From positions 1 through 64,000 of the IMG/VR virus record IMGVR_UViG_2974674860_000001: 64,000 nt of DNA; one strand, 5' to 3'. Numbering within the stretch: the stretch's first letter is position 1; every line of letters starts with the position of its first letter. Below the pieces are notes generated by a model that saw only the letters and a list, made by a program, of their open reading frames with translations, searched no databases and was not told where the DNA came from. The stretch is from a virus. Lineage: Duplodnaviria > Caudoviricetes. Position numbers and translations under genes: made by a program. Of this stretch, positions 45,446-53,040 are shown piece after piece.

Positions 45446-45670
45446 ATGTCATCCTGTGAGCCACCTGCCGTGGTAGCCATCGTCCCCGTCACAACCCTCG
45501 GCGAGCCCGTCGAGTTGAGTACCGAGACCGTTGACGGTGAACGCCTCTTTGTGATCGAGATCGGCGAGATGCTGATCGACCTCGATCGGGATCAGGCCGT
45601 GCTGATGCACAGGATGTTCGGTGCGCTTTTGCACGCAGATGATGACGCCCCTCTCACGGTTGCTTCCTGA
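45446..45670 (+). CDS. hypothetical protein, divergent from the XRE gene
   Basis: RBS GAAGGA; followed by a terminator. Confidence 0.65.
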   Translation: MSSCEPPAVVAIVPVTTLGEPVELSTETVDGERLFVIEIGEMLIDLDRDQAVLMHRMFGALLHADDDAPLTVAS

Positions 45671-45682
45671 ATAGAGCAAAAC

Positions 45683-45713
45683 AGCCCGGCAGTGATTTTC
45701 TCACTGCCGGGCT
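45683..45713. terminator. intrinsic terminator
   Basis: perfect 13-bp stem AGCCCGGCAGTGA/TCACTGCCGGGCT with A/T-rich flanks. Confidence 0.85.
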
Positions 45714-45787
45714 TATTTCTGCGGTTAAGACGGGGCCGCACGTGATAGCGGTCACAATGGCATAGTCTGGGCCGAGATCGACGAAAG

Positions 45788-46108
45788 GTGACGATGAAAG
45801 GTAGAGACAAGGTCTTACGGCAAGCGGATCGACTCGGATGGAGAGCGATTCAAGCCGACTGGAGACACGCCTCGTTTATCAACGACAGCAATGTCGTGGT
45901 CAATGTCGACTTCACGCCCAGTAGCGGCGTGCGGTGGGGATCAGTAACTCAGTTCCCGACCGGCAACCTCGACAACTACCGCCAGGCTTCTGAGCTGAGC
46001 CGGCGGTTGCGCCCAAAGGTCCTCAGGCAGACAGGGACCGAACGCAAGGCAGATGATGTCGCCGAGTGGCTTCGGATGTATCGCCCCGTCTATCGAATGA
46101 GCACCTAG
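45788..46108 (+). CDS. hypothetical protein
   Basis: -10 TAGTCT and RBS GAAAGG upstream. Confidence 0.7.
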   Translation: MTMKGRDKVLRQADRLGWRAIQADWRHASFINDSNVVVNVDFTPSSGVRWGSVTQFPTGNLDNYRQASELSRRLRPKVLRQTGTERKADDVAEWLRMYRPVYRMST

Positions 46109-46677
46109 CCCTCGCTCGCGTTGGCGGCGTCCTCGACCTCTTCCAGCTCCTCCAGGAGCGCCTTCTGCGCCTTCAACCGAGACTTGCCCAGCGCGGATCG
46201 ACCGGACGGCGTGTGGGTCGCACGGAACTTCGTGGAGTCGGCCTCATCGCGCACGAGCACAATGTCATCGGGATCGATGTAGTCCAGCGCATCCAGTGAT
46301 GGCCAGGTGCCGTCATCGTTGCGTCGGACATACACGCCCTGGTCGTATTCGGAGATCCGGCCGCCCATGCCGGCCGACGGAATCCACCGCACGATTTCCA
46401 GCTCGGGATGGCGGCGGTATCCGGCGTCGTGGAATGAGTCGGCGAGACGGATCGCGCCGCCGTCGGCGAGGAACACCTCAATGCTCGGCATCCGGCCCAG
46501 CGCGGGCGCTCGCATGTTGTTGAACCGCTCGTAGAAGTACTCGCGGCCCTCGGTCGGCTTCACGAACGACGACATGTCGAGACCCTCGGCCTTGGCCTTG
46601 GCGATCTTCTCGGCGGCGTTGAAGTCGACTCGCTGGATCACCTTGCGGTTCGGGTGGTTCTCGATCGGGCCACTCAT
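46105..46677 (-). CDS. hypothetical protein
   Basis: last gene of the leftward operon; codon usage. Confidence 0.75.
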   Translation of the reverse strand: MSGPIENHPNRKVIQRVDFNAAEKIAKAKAEGLDMSSFVKPTEGREYFYERFNNMRAPALGRMPSIEVFLADGGAIRLADSFHDAGYRRHPELEIVRWIPSAGMGGRISEYDQGVYVRRNDDGTWPSLDALDYIDPDDIVLVRDEADSTKFRATHTPSGRSALGKSRLKAQKALLEELEEVEDAANASEG

Positions 46678-46901
46678 CGCGTGGTTCGCGTTCCGAGCTT
46701 GGTCTGTCGCTCACGCATGCGGGCGAAGGCCTCTTCCGCGGCCGGCGTCTCGGGTGCGGTGCCGTTGTTCACGATGGTGACCTCGCCGCGGACGAACCGC
46801 TGCTTCGGGTACGCCACGGCATCGCGAAGGGTGGTGAGCTTGTCGTTGACTTCGCGCAGGAGTGCGAGCACTTCGCGCTGGAACTCCACGTCAGCGCCCA
46901 T
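46674..46901 (-). CDS. hypothetical protein
   Basis: coupled ORF. Confidence 0.7.
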   Translation of the reverse strand: MGADVEFQREVLALLREVNDKLTTLRDAVAYPKQRFVRGEVTIVNNGTAPETPAAEEAFARMRERQTKLGTRTTR

Positions 46902-47278
46902 CAGTAGACCTCCAGCACATTGATCGAGACCGCGGTTTTGTGCATGTCCGACAACAGGTTCGCCCTGCGCAATGCAGCCTTGCTGTCAGTGAAGACCTCG
47001 GTTGGCGTGCTGTGGATCGAGAGGATGTGCACCTTCGGCGAGTCGTAGGTCGCTCGCGCTTCCGCCTCGTCGACCTTTGCGCTCATCCGTGCCGAATACT
47101 CCTCCAGCTCGGCGATGACGTCGGCCGACGGGCGCTTCACGAGGCGCAGGGGTCCGTAGAGCGCGTCGAGTTCATCGAGCGAGAGCTGCGAGGAGATCTC
47201 GCGGTCTTCGCGATGCCAGAAGTCATCGACGGCCCGGCGCTCCCAGACGTCGTCGAAGCGGTCGGTTACCAGGGTCAT
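46901..47278 (-). CDS. hypothetical protein
   Basis: coupled ORF. Confidence 0.7.
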   Translation of the reverse strand: MTLVTDRFDDVWERRAVDDFWHREDREISSQLSLDELDALYGPLRLVKRPSADVIAELEEYSARMSAKVDEAEARATYDSPKVHILSIHSTPTEVFTDSKAALRRANLLSDMHKTAVSINVLEVY

Positions 47279-47475
47279 CCGATCAGCCACTTTCCATATT
47301 CGGTGAAGGTCATGCCGAGGTAGTCGGCGAGGGTGTAGTCGGCGCCCTCGTAGCGCGCCAGTGTCTCGGTCGCGCCGGGCGGCAGGGAGTGCCACTCGTG
47401 CACCAGGTCATCGATCTCGTCCGCGGTCAGCTCTTTCCAGGCGCCGGCGGGTGCGGGGCCGATCAGCGGGATCAC
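47275..47475 (-). CDS. hypothetical protein
   Basis: coupled ORF. Confidence 0.7.
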   Translation of the reverse strand: MIPLIGPAPAGAWKELTADEIDDLVHEWHSLPPGATETLARYEGADYTLADYLGMTFTEYGKWLIG

Positions 47476-48095
47476 ACGAACCTCCTGGCGAAGGCGCCCT
47501 TGCCGACGACGTTCTTGGCGAGCTGGAGGAACGGGGGGCGGCCGCCGAGGTCGCACGAGGACACGGACATGCAGGCGGCCTCGACCGCGTCGGCGAGGAC
47601 GTCCTTCATCGACGGCGAGATGCAGTCTTCGAGGCGGCCTGCGATGTAGCCGAGGGTGAAGTCACCGCCGGTGCCGATGGCGTCGAACGCGGCGGCGGGC
47701 TCCATCGCGGCGTTGTCGAGCAGGCGGTAGATCTTGTGGCCGATGACCATGAGGAAATCGCCGTTGATTCCCTGCTGGCCGTCCTCGTAGGTGAGCATCG
47801 GCGGCAGGGGAGATTCCATGATCCGCTTCGTGACTGCGCGAGCTACCGAGTCGGCCCAGATGATGTCGGGGCCGTCCTTGGGCAGCGGTGGCAGTATCAG
47901 CCCGTGCAGCAGGGATGGGATCGCGCTGTCGCCGGCCATGCCGATCAGTGCCGGCGTGTTGCTGCCTTCGATCGGGAACTCGCGCACCTTCGGCGAGTTG
48001 TCGATGAAGAGGACGTCGGTGTCGTCGTACGAGCACGCCCAGTCGGCGGCGATGTATGCGCTGTTGCCGTCAATGACGGCGGCGATGATGGTCAA
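47472..48095 (-). CDS. Ntn-hydrolase, proteasome beta/HslV-like protein
   Basis: N-terminal Thr (MTIIAAV), YIAAD, PKV, LIGMAG, AIGTGG. Confidence 0.75.
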   Translation of the reverse strand: MTIIAAVIDGNSAYIAADWACSYDDTDVLFIDNSPKVREFPIEGSNTPALIGMAGDSAIPSLLHGLILPPLPKDGPDIIWADSVARAVTKRIMESPLPPMLTYEDGQQGINGDFLMVIGHKIYRLLDNAAMEPAAAFDAIGTGGDFTLGYIAGRLEDCISPSMKDVLADAVEAACMSVSSCDLGGRPPFLQLAKNVVGKGAFARRFV

Positions 48096-48481
48096 TGCCT
48101 GTCCTCTTCGAGCGCGGAGAATCGGTAGATCAATCGGAGGTATTCGTCGAGCGACATGACGGCGAGATGCACGGGCGGGCGCCCGCCGGAGCCGCGGCGC
48201 TTGACCACGAGCGCGGCCGTATCGGCGGCGGCTCGCTCGCTTTGCAGCTCCAGCTGGTCGAGCCATTCACGCCACTGGGGTGTTGCGACATCCTTCGTCT
48301 GGAGGATGTGCTGGCCGCCGAGGGCACCCAGGTGGCCCGTTTCGCGGAAGAGGTGAATGTCGCCCTGGTCTTCCATGCGGCCGGGCCGGGTTCGCTTGGC
48401 TCCAGCGAACCCGGCCTCGATGGCAGCGGCTAGGACATCACGCTCGTACTTGTCGCCCTTGGCCTTGTTGCGATTGGCCAC
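48092..48481 (-). CDS. Holliday junction resolvase (Hjc-like PD-(D/E)XK)
   Basis: KAKGDKYERD...DQGDI...QTK. Confidence 0.8.
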   Translation of the reverse strand: MANRNKAKGDKYERDVLAAAIEAGFAGAKRTRPGRMEDQGDIHLFRETGHLGALGGQHILQTKDVATPQWREWLDQLELQSERAAADTAALVVKRRGSGGRPPVHLAVMSLDEYLRLIYRFSALEEDRH

Positions 48482-48483
48482 GG

Positions 48484-48804
48484 TCAGATGTGTGAGCCGA
48501 TGGAGTACGGCCGGACATGGTTCTCGGGGCGCCAGTCCTCGATCGGTCCGATCCAGGTTGCACCGTCGGTGCCATCGACCGTGGCGAACTCGCGGCCGCG
48601 GGTGCCCGGGGCGATGATGTCCAGGACGGGGATCAGTGCGTCGAGGTCGTCCAGCTCAGCCGGTACGCGGGTGTAGCGGAAAGGTCCGCCCGTGGCGAGG
48701 TCCTCGTCGCGCACCTGGAGCAGATGCCGGGCCAGTCGCCGGTAGCCGAGGATGGCGGGGTCGAGGACATCCTCGGCCTGTCCGGTCACCAGTGGCGCGC
48801 TCAT
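48484..48804 (-). CDS. hypothetical protein
   Basis: coupled ORF. Confidence 0.7.
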   Translation of the reverse strand: MSAPLVTGQAEDVLDPAILGYRRLARHLLQVRDEDLATGGPFRYTRVPAELDDLDALIPVLDIIAPGTRGREFATVDGTDGATWIGPIEDWRPENHVRPYSIGSHI

Positions 48805-49253
48805 CGCTTCAACTCGGCGATCTGGTCGGCGACCGCGCACCAGTCACCGCCGGGCTTCGCGTCGGCGAATGCGGGGATCTGCTTGGGGTACCCGCTCGGG
48901 CCGACGACCTTGGCCTCGAAGAGGTTGGCCTGGCGGCGGTTGTAGTCAGTGCGGATGTTGCGGTAGGTCGCGGCGTAGGCCTGCGCGGGGTCTTCGATCA
49001 GCAGCGGGTTGCCGTCAGCCTTGGCCACGGTGCTCGCGGTGCAGGCGTTGTTCGCGGCGTCCTGGAGGGCCTCGAACTTCTCGATCACCTGGGTGTACTG
49101 GATCTCGACGTTCTCGGGGCTGACGACCTCGGCGGCCTTGTCGCCCCAGGAGACTGCGTAATTGCAGCCGGCGACACCGATCAGCAGGACGATCAACACT
49201 CCCACGGTGCCGAAGACGAGGCGGCCGATGGATGGCTCTTTGGCGTTGCTCAC
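48801..49253 (-). CDS. putative lipoprotein
   Basis: hydrophobic signal ending in lipobox VAGC. Confidence 0.7.
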   Translation of the reverse strand: MSNAKEPSIGRLVFGTVGVLIVLLIGVAGCNYAVSWGDKAAEVVSPENVEIQYTQVIEKFEALQDAANNACTASTVAKADGNPLLIEDPAQAYAATYRNIRTDYNRRQANLFEAKVVGPSGYPKQIPAFADAKPGGDWCAVADQIAELKR

Positions 49254-49531
49254 TTGGCGGCCTCGTCCTTCTGCCGGGCGATGGCCGCGTTGGCGAACAT
49301 CATCGCTTCTTCGATCTTGGTGAGGGCGAGGGAAAGCTCGCGGCCCTCGGGGCAGTACGTCGACACCACGGTCGCGAACTGCTTGGCGCCGAGTCGAACC
49401 ATGTCGTGGTCGTTGCGGCGCTCGATGGTGGTGGCCGGGTGGTAGTCGAATCGGCCGGCGAGCGCGGGGAACTCTTCGGCGGCGGCGTCGACGATGGGCC
49501 GGATGAGGCCGATCATGTCGGTGGAGTTCAC
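49250..49531 (-). CDS. Acb2/Tad1-like hairpin protein (putative signalling-nucleotide sponge)
   Basis: RFDYHP...H..VR...CPEGRELSLALTKIEEAMMFANAAIAR. Confidence 0.65.
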   Translation of the reverse strand: MNSTDMIGLIRPIVDAAAEEFPALAGRFDYHPATTIERRNDHDMVRLGAKQFATVVSTYCPEGRELSLALTKIEEAMMFANAAIARQKDEAAK

Positions 49532-49746
49532 TGTTCTGCTGCGTCCTTCTTTGCGAGGAGGGGGGCGAGGTGGGGGTGCTCGACGATGAAGGTGAGTAGC
49601 CCCATGACGACGTCATCGGGGAGGTCGGAGGCCTTCGGGCTGCCTTCGCCGTAGCCGGGGTTGCGCTTGATGGTCAGCGTCCACGCCGCCTCGTCCGAGA
49701 GGCCGTAGCCCGAGTCCGAGGCGACGTGAGTGACGACTGAGATCAT
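49528..49746 (-). CDS. hypothetical protein
   Basis: coupled ORF. Confidence 0.7.
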   Translation of the reverse strand: MISVVTHVASDSGYGLSDEAAWTLTIKRNPGYGEGSPKASDLPDDVVMGLLTFIVEHPHLAPLLAKKDAAEQ

Positions 49747-50360
49747 CGGGGGAGCGCGCCTTCGAGGATCTTCTGTGCGCCGGCCTGGTCACCCTTGGCT
49801 AGGGCGTCCTGGGCGCGCTTCTGTGCGTCGGCGAGGCCCGGGTCGACGGCGAGTGCGATCTCGGTCTTCTCGCGCTGGAACTGGGTCGGCTGCGTGGTGC
49901 AGAAGGTCTCCAGGCCGAAGAAGTCGACGTACTGGCCCGAGGGGGTGAATCCGTAGCGGTAGCCGGGCGGGTTGCCGTGGTACATGCCGTCCACGGATCG
50001 GGCCTCGGCGGTCCAGTTCTCACCGTTGTCGTAGGCGAGTTCCTGACCGCGGAAGTAGCTGACCGAGCTGGAGGTGAGCTTGCCGCGGATCGGCACGGTG
50101 AACAGCGGCGCGCTGTCATTCGGGAAGGTGGCGGTGCACCAGATGATCGTGTTGGGCGAGTCGTAGAGCTTCTGCGCCTCGTTGTAGTTGTTGAACTCGA
50201 CGTTGTTCTTGGGGATGTAGGCCCCGCCGCGGTTGTTGACCTGCGCGTTGACCTTGTCCTTGTCGGACTGCACGGCTGGGTCCGACTGACCACATGCGGT
50301 CAGTCCGGCGGCGAGCCCCAGGGCTGCGACGCCGGCGAATACCTTGTGCTTCAACTTCAT
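49743..50360 (-). CDS. putative lipoprotein
   Basis: MKLKHKVFAGVAALGLAAGLTAC signal peptide with lipobox. Confidence 0.8.
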   Translation of the reverse strand: MKLKHKVFAGVAALGLAAGLTACGQSDPAVQSDKDKVNAQVNNRGGAYIPKNNVEFNNYNEAQKLYDSPNTIIWCTATFPNDSAPLFTVPIRGKLTSSSVSYFRGQELAYDNGENWTAEARSVDGMYHGNPPGYRYGFTPSGQYVDFFGLETFCTTQPTQFQREKTEIALAVDPGLADAQKRAQDALAKGDQAGAQKILEGALPR

Positions 50361-50371
50361 TCCGATTCTCC

Positions 50372-50905
50372 TTATCGAATGACCACGGGTGTGGTCGGGG
50401 TGAGCACGAGGGACTTCATGCCGCGCTCGGTGTTGATGCGTACGTGAATATCGATCGCCTTCGCGCACGTTTGCGATGGCCGAATCCGCGCTCGGACTTC
50501 GTGAATGACCCCGCCGAGGCTGCCGACTTGGAGCATCTTGCCGGCGTGCTCGGGGCGTAGCGATGCGGCGATCATGCGATCACTCGGGTCCGGTGGCGGT
50601 GAGGGTGTATCTTCATCTGGCTCTTCTCCGTTCGCGATGGCCTGCAGTCGTGCGTAGGCCTGCTTGTACGAGTCCGTCGAGGTGTCTTCGCTGAGGGCAA
50701 CCCCAGCGACGATCACCCCGATCGGCGCGTCGGAGACACTCAATGCGTATGCGGCGCAGGGCTGGTGCATCCCGCAGGGGGCGCAGAGGCTGCGTGCGTA
50801 GTTCTGCATCGGTCCGCGGCGGGAGTCGGTGAACCAGCGGTTGCGGTCCTCAGCCGTGCGGCAGAATGCGGTGGTCATCCAGTCGCGGTCATTTGGCTTC
50901 GGCAT
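50372..50905 (-). CDS. whiB: WhiB-family transcription factor with a C-terminal extra domain
   Basis: W...AFC...WF...ARSLCAPC..HQPC..YAL...G.IVAG four-Cys pattern. Confidence 0.85.
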   Translation of the reverse strand: MPKPNDRDWMTTAFCRTAEDRNRWFTDSRRGPMQNYARSLCAPCGMHQPCAAYALSVSDAPIGVIVAGVALSEDTSTDSYKQAYARLQAIANGEEPDEDTPSPPPDPSDRMIAASLRPEHAGKMLQVGSLGGVIHEVRARIRPSQTCAKAIDIHVRINTERGMKSLVLTPTTPVVIR

Positions 50906-50924
50906 CGTGTGCTCCACTCTATCT

Positions 50925-50973
50925 CACGAGACACGCAACAGCCCCAATCCAGGGGCGCCGGATTGGGGCTGTT
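50925..50973 (-). promoter_or_regulatory. 14-bp hairpin (50937-50973) overlapping an operator-like motif (50925-50940), with -10 TAGAGT, upstream of whiB
   Basis: AACAGCCCCAATCC/GGATTGGGGCTGTT; exact motif copy. Confidence 0.75.
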
Positions 50974-50997
50974 GGCGGCAAGTCTCGACGGAAGGCG

Positions 50998-51381
50998 TTA
51001 CGCCCAGGGGTCTTCGCTGGCGTCGGCCCAGGGGTCGGCCGGGTCGGTGTCGACCGGGGACTCCTTGGCGGCCTGCACTGCGGACTCGACGACCTTCGAG
51101 TTGATCCAGAGTGAGATCCGGCTTCCCTTGCGGGACTTCTGCGACGAGCGCAGATCGCCGATGCGGGTGATCCGACCATCGGCCGCCAGCTCGGCGAACT
51201 TGCGGCCGATGGTGTTGCGATTGCCGGTGGTGACCATGTCGTGCACGTCGTCAGCGGAGAAGGGGTAGCCGTAGCCGATCAGCGACTCGATCGCGGCGTC
51301 GACCGTCTTGGGTCGCAGCCGCAGCGTCGGATCGACGAAGACGCTCTTGTTCTCGGGCTGGTAGGTGATGGTGCCGGTCAT
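50998..51381 (-). CDS. hypothetical protein (possible winged-helix)
   Basis: FSADDVHDM...NTIGRKFAELA...RITRIG. Confidence 0.7.
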   Translation of the reverse strand: MTGTITYQPENKSVFVDPTLRLRPKTVDAAIESLIGYGYPFSADDVHDMVTTGNRNTIGRKFAELAADGRITRIGDLRSSQKSRKGSRISLWINSKVVESAVQAAKESPVDTDPADPWADASEDPWA

Positions 51382-51587
51382 TCGGCGTCCTTTCGCGGTT
51401 GGTCATCACGGGGGAGTTCGAGCGTGGAGAAGATCTCGCGCAAGGCCCGCTCGATCCGCGGCTTGAAGGCCGCGGGCAGACGCTCGGCGATGTAGGCCGG
51501 CGCGGTGCGATAGACGATCTCGGTCGAGACGTCATCGGCCATGGCGATGAGTGCCGTGCGGATCTCGGCACGTTCGGCGGGGGTCAC
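51378..51587 (-). CDS. hypothetical protein
   Basis: coupled ORF. Confidence 0.7.
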   Translation of the reverse strand: MTPAERAEIRTALIAMADDVSTEIVYRTAPAYIAERLPAAFKPRIERALREIFSTLELPRDDQPRKDAE

Positions 51588-51850
51588 GGCTTCTCCATCA
51601 CTGCCCAGGCTTCGGGCTCGTGGATGATGCGGGCCTGCTCGGTCTGAACGGCGACCAGGGCCTCGTAGACAACCGGCCCGGTCGGAACTCCACTCTGGGT
51701 GTACTGAACGGCCAGTCCCATCATCTTGTTGAAGGCAATGGCGACCGCGAGGTAGCGCGACCGAAGGCTGGCCTCGTCGAGGGCATCGGTCCGCTCGCGG
51801 ATGCGGGCTTCGATGTCGTCGCGCAGCTCGACGTGAGCGAGGGTGCTCAT
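51584..51850 (-). CDS. hypothetical protein
   Basis: coupled ORF. Confidence 0.7.
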   Translation of the reverse strand: MSTLAHVELRDDIEARIRERTDALDEASLRSRYLAVAIAFNKMMGLAVQYTQSGVPTGPVVYEALVAVQTEQARIIHEPEAWAVMEKP

Positions 51851-52110
51851 GACTGAGTCCCGTAGACGGTGGCGAGGTGCGCCTCAGAGTAGCTGAGAAT
51901 CGTCCTGATCACCCGGGCCTGCGCGTCACGCTCGGGCCCGGCCGGCATGGCGCGGATGGCGGCGAGGGTGGTCTGGATGTAGAGCATCAGGAGGTAGAGC
52001 TTGGCGTTCCTGATGTCCTGGTGGAGCGTGTCGATCGACTGGCCGACCCTGATCGCCTCGGCGGTCGGGAGGGCGAAGTCGCTGAGGTCGAGAATGTCTG
52101 GCTCAGGCAC
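51847..52110 (-). CDS. hypothetical protein
   Basis: RBS AAGGAG. Confidence 0.7.
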   Translation of the reverse strand: MPEPDILDLSDFALPTAEAIRVGQSIDTLHQDIRNAKLYLLMLYIQTTLAAIRAMPAGPERDAQARVIRTILSYSEAHLATVYGTQS

Positions 52111-52190
52111 GTGGACTCCTTGAGTGGGGGAAGATCGGGCGAGCGGGGCGGGGTGAAAGGAGGAAAGTCCCCACCCCGCTCAAGCCCTGG

Positions 52191-52691
52191 TCAGAACGGC
52201 GGTTCGTCGTCGCCGTAGTTCGCGAAGTTGCCCTGCCCCTGCGGCGTGCCGCCCCACGGATCGTCGCCGCGCTGCTGCTGCTGGCGGCCCTGGTTGCGCT
52301 GCTGGCCCTGGATGGCGCCGCCGACCGACTGCTGGCCGCGTCCGCCGCCGTTGCCGTTGCCGTCCTTCTTCCAGACCTTGAAGAACTTGATGTTGATGAC
52401 GTCCTTCGACCGCTTCTGGCCGGTGTCGCGGTCTTCCCATTCCTGGGTCTCGGGCTCACCGACGATCTCGATGCGGTCGCCCTTGACGGCCTGCTCGGTG
52501 ATCGCCTCAGCCTCGGGGCCCCAGGCTTGGATGTTGGCCCAGTGGGTGGCGAGGGTCTCGTAGCTGCCGTCTTGCAGCCGCTTGTTCTTGTTCGCTGCGG
52601 CGCGGAGCGACACGACAGCAGTGCCGCTCTGGGTGAACCGCAGTTCTGGGTCTGCGGCGAGGGTGAAGGTGCCGAAGATGCGTGCGAGCAT
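52191..52691 (-). CDS. ssb: single-stranded DNA-binding protein
   Basis: ADPELRFTQSGTAV OB fold; Gly/Gln-rich tail ending DDPW...DDEPPF. Confidence 0.95.
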   Translation of the reverse strand: MLARIFGTFTLAADPELRFTQSGTAVVSLRAAANKNKRLQDGSYETLATHWANIQAWGPEAEAITEQAVKGDRIEIVGEPETQEWEDRDTGQKRSKDVINIKFFKVWKKDGNGNGGGRGQQSVGGAIQGQQRNQGRQQQQRGDDPWGGTPQGQGNFANYGDDEPPF

Positions 52692-52706
52692 ATGGGTTGT
52701 CTCCCT

Positions 52707-52964
52707 TTACTTCTTGAAGTGCTGTTCGAGCTTGGTGGCCTTGTGGCCAGACCAGACGTCCAGTTGGGCGCCGGTCTCGTCTGCGATGACCACGACAGGG
52801 GCCTGGAGGTAGCCGAGGGCCTTGAGCTTGTCGAGGGCCGCCTCGTCTTCGGTGATGTCGATGACGTCGAATGCGATCTCGCGCTTGATGAGCCACGACT
52901 TCGTGGCCTTGCACTGGACGCAGAGACGGTCGGGCTTGCTGTAGACGGTGACGGACGTTGGCAC
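52707..52964 (-). CDS. nrdH: NrdH-like glutaredoxin
   Basis: VTVYSKP..CVQCKATK...GYLQAPVV...WSG. Confidence 0.9.
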   Translation of the reverse strand: MPTSVTVYSKPDRLCVQCKATKSWLIKREIAFDVIDITEDEAALDKLKALGYLQAPVVVIADETGAQLDVWSGHKATKLEQHFKK

Positions 52965-53001
52965 GTGGCTCCTTGGGTATCTGGGCACCAACGGTAACAC
53001 G

Positions 53002-53017
53002 CACGAGACACGCAACA
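53002..53017 (-). promoter_or_regulatory. operator-like motif with extended -10 TGtTACCGT upstream of nrdH/ssb
   Basis: exact consensus. Confidence 0.75.
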
Positions 53018-53040
53018 GCGGAGCTAGGGGCGCTGGCTGA

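Noticed and set aside
52160-52170. GAGGAAAGTCC, the RNase P RNA P4 5' signature
   Set aside because: No partner 3' signature or room for an RNase P RNA; it lies in the loop of a short intergenic hairpin after ssb on the opposite strand
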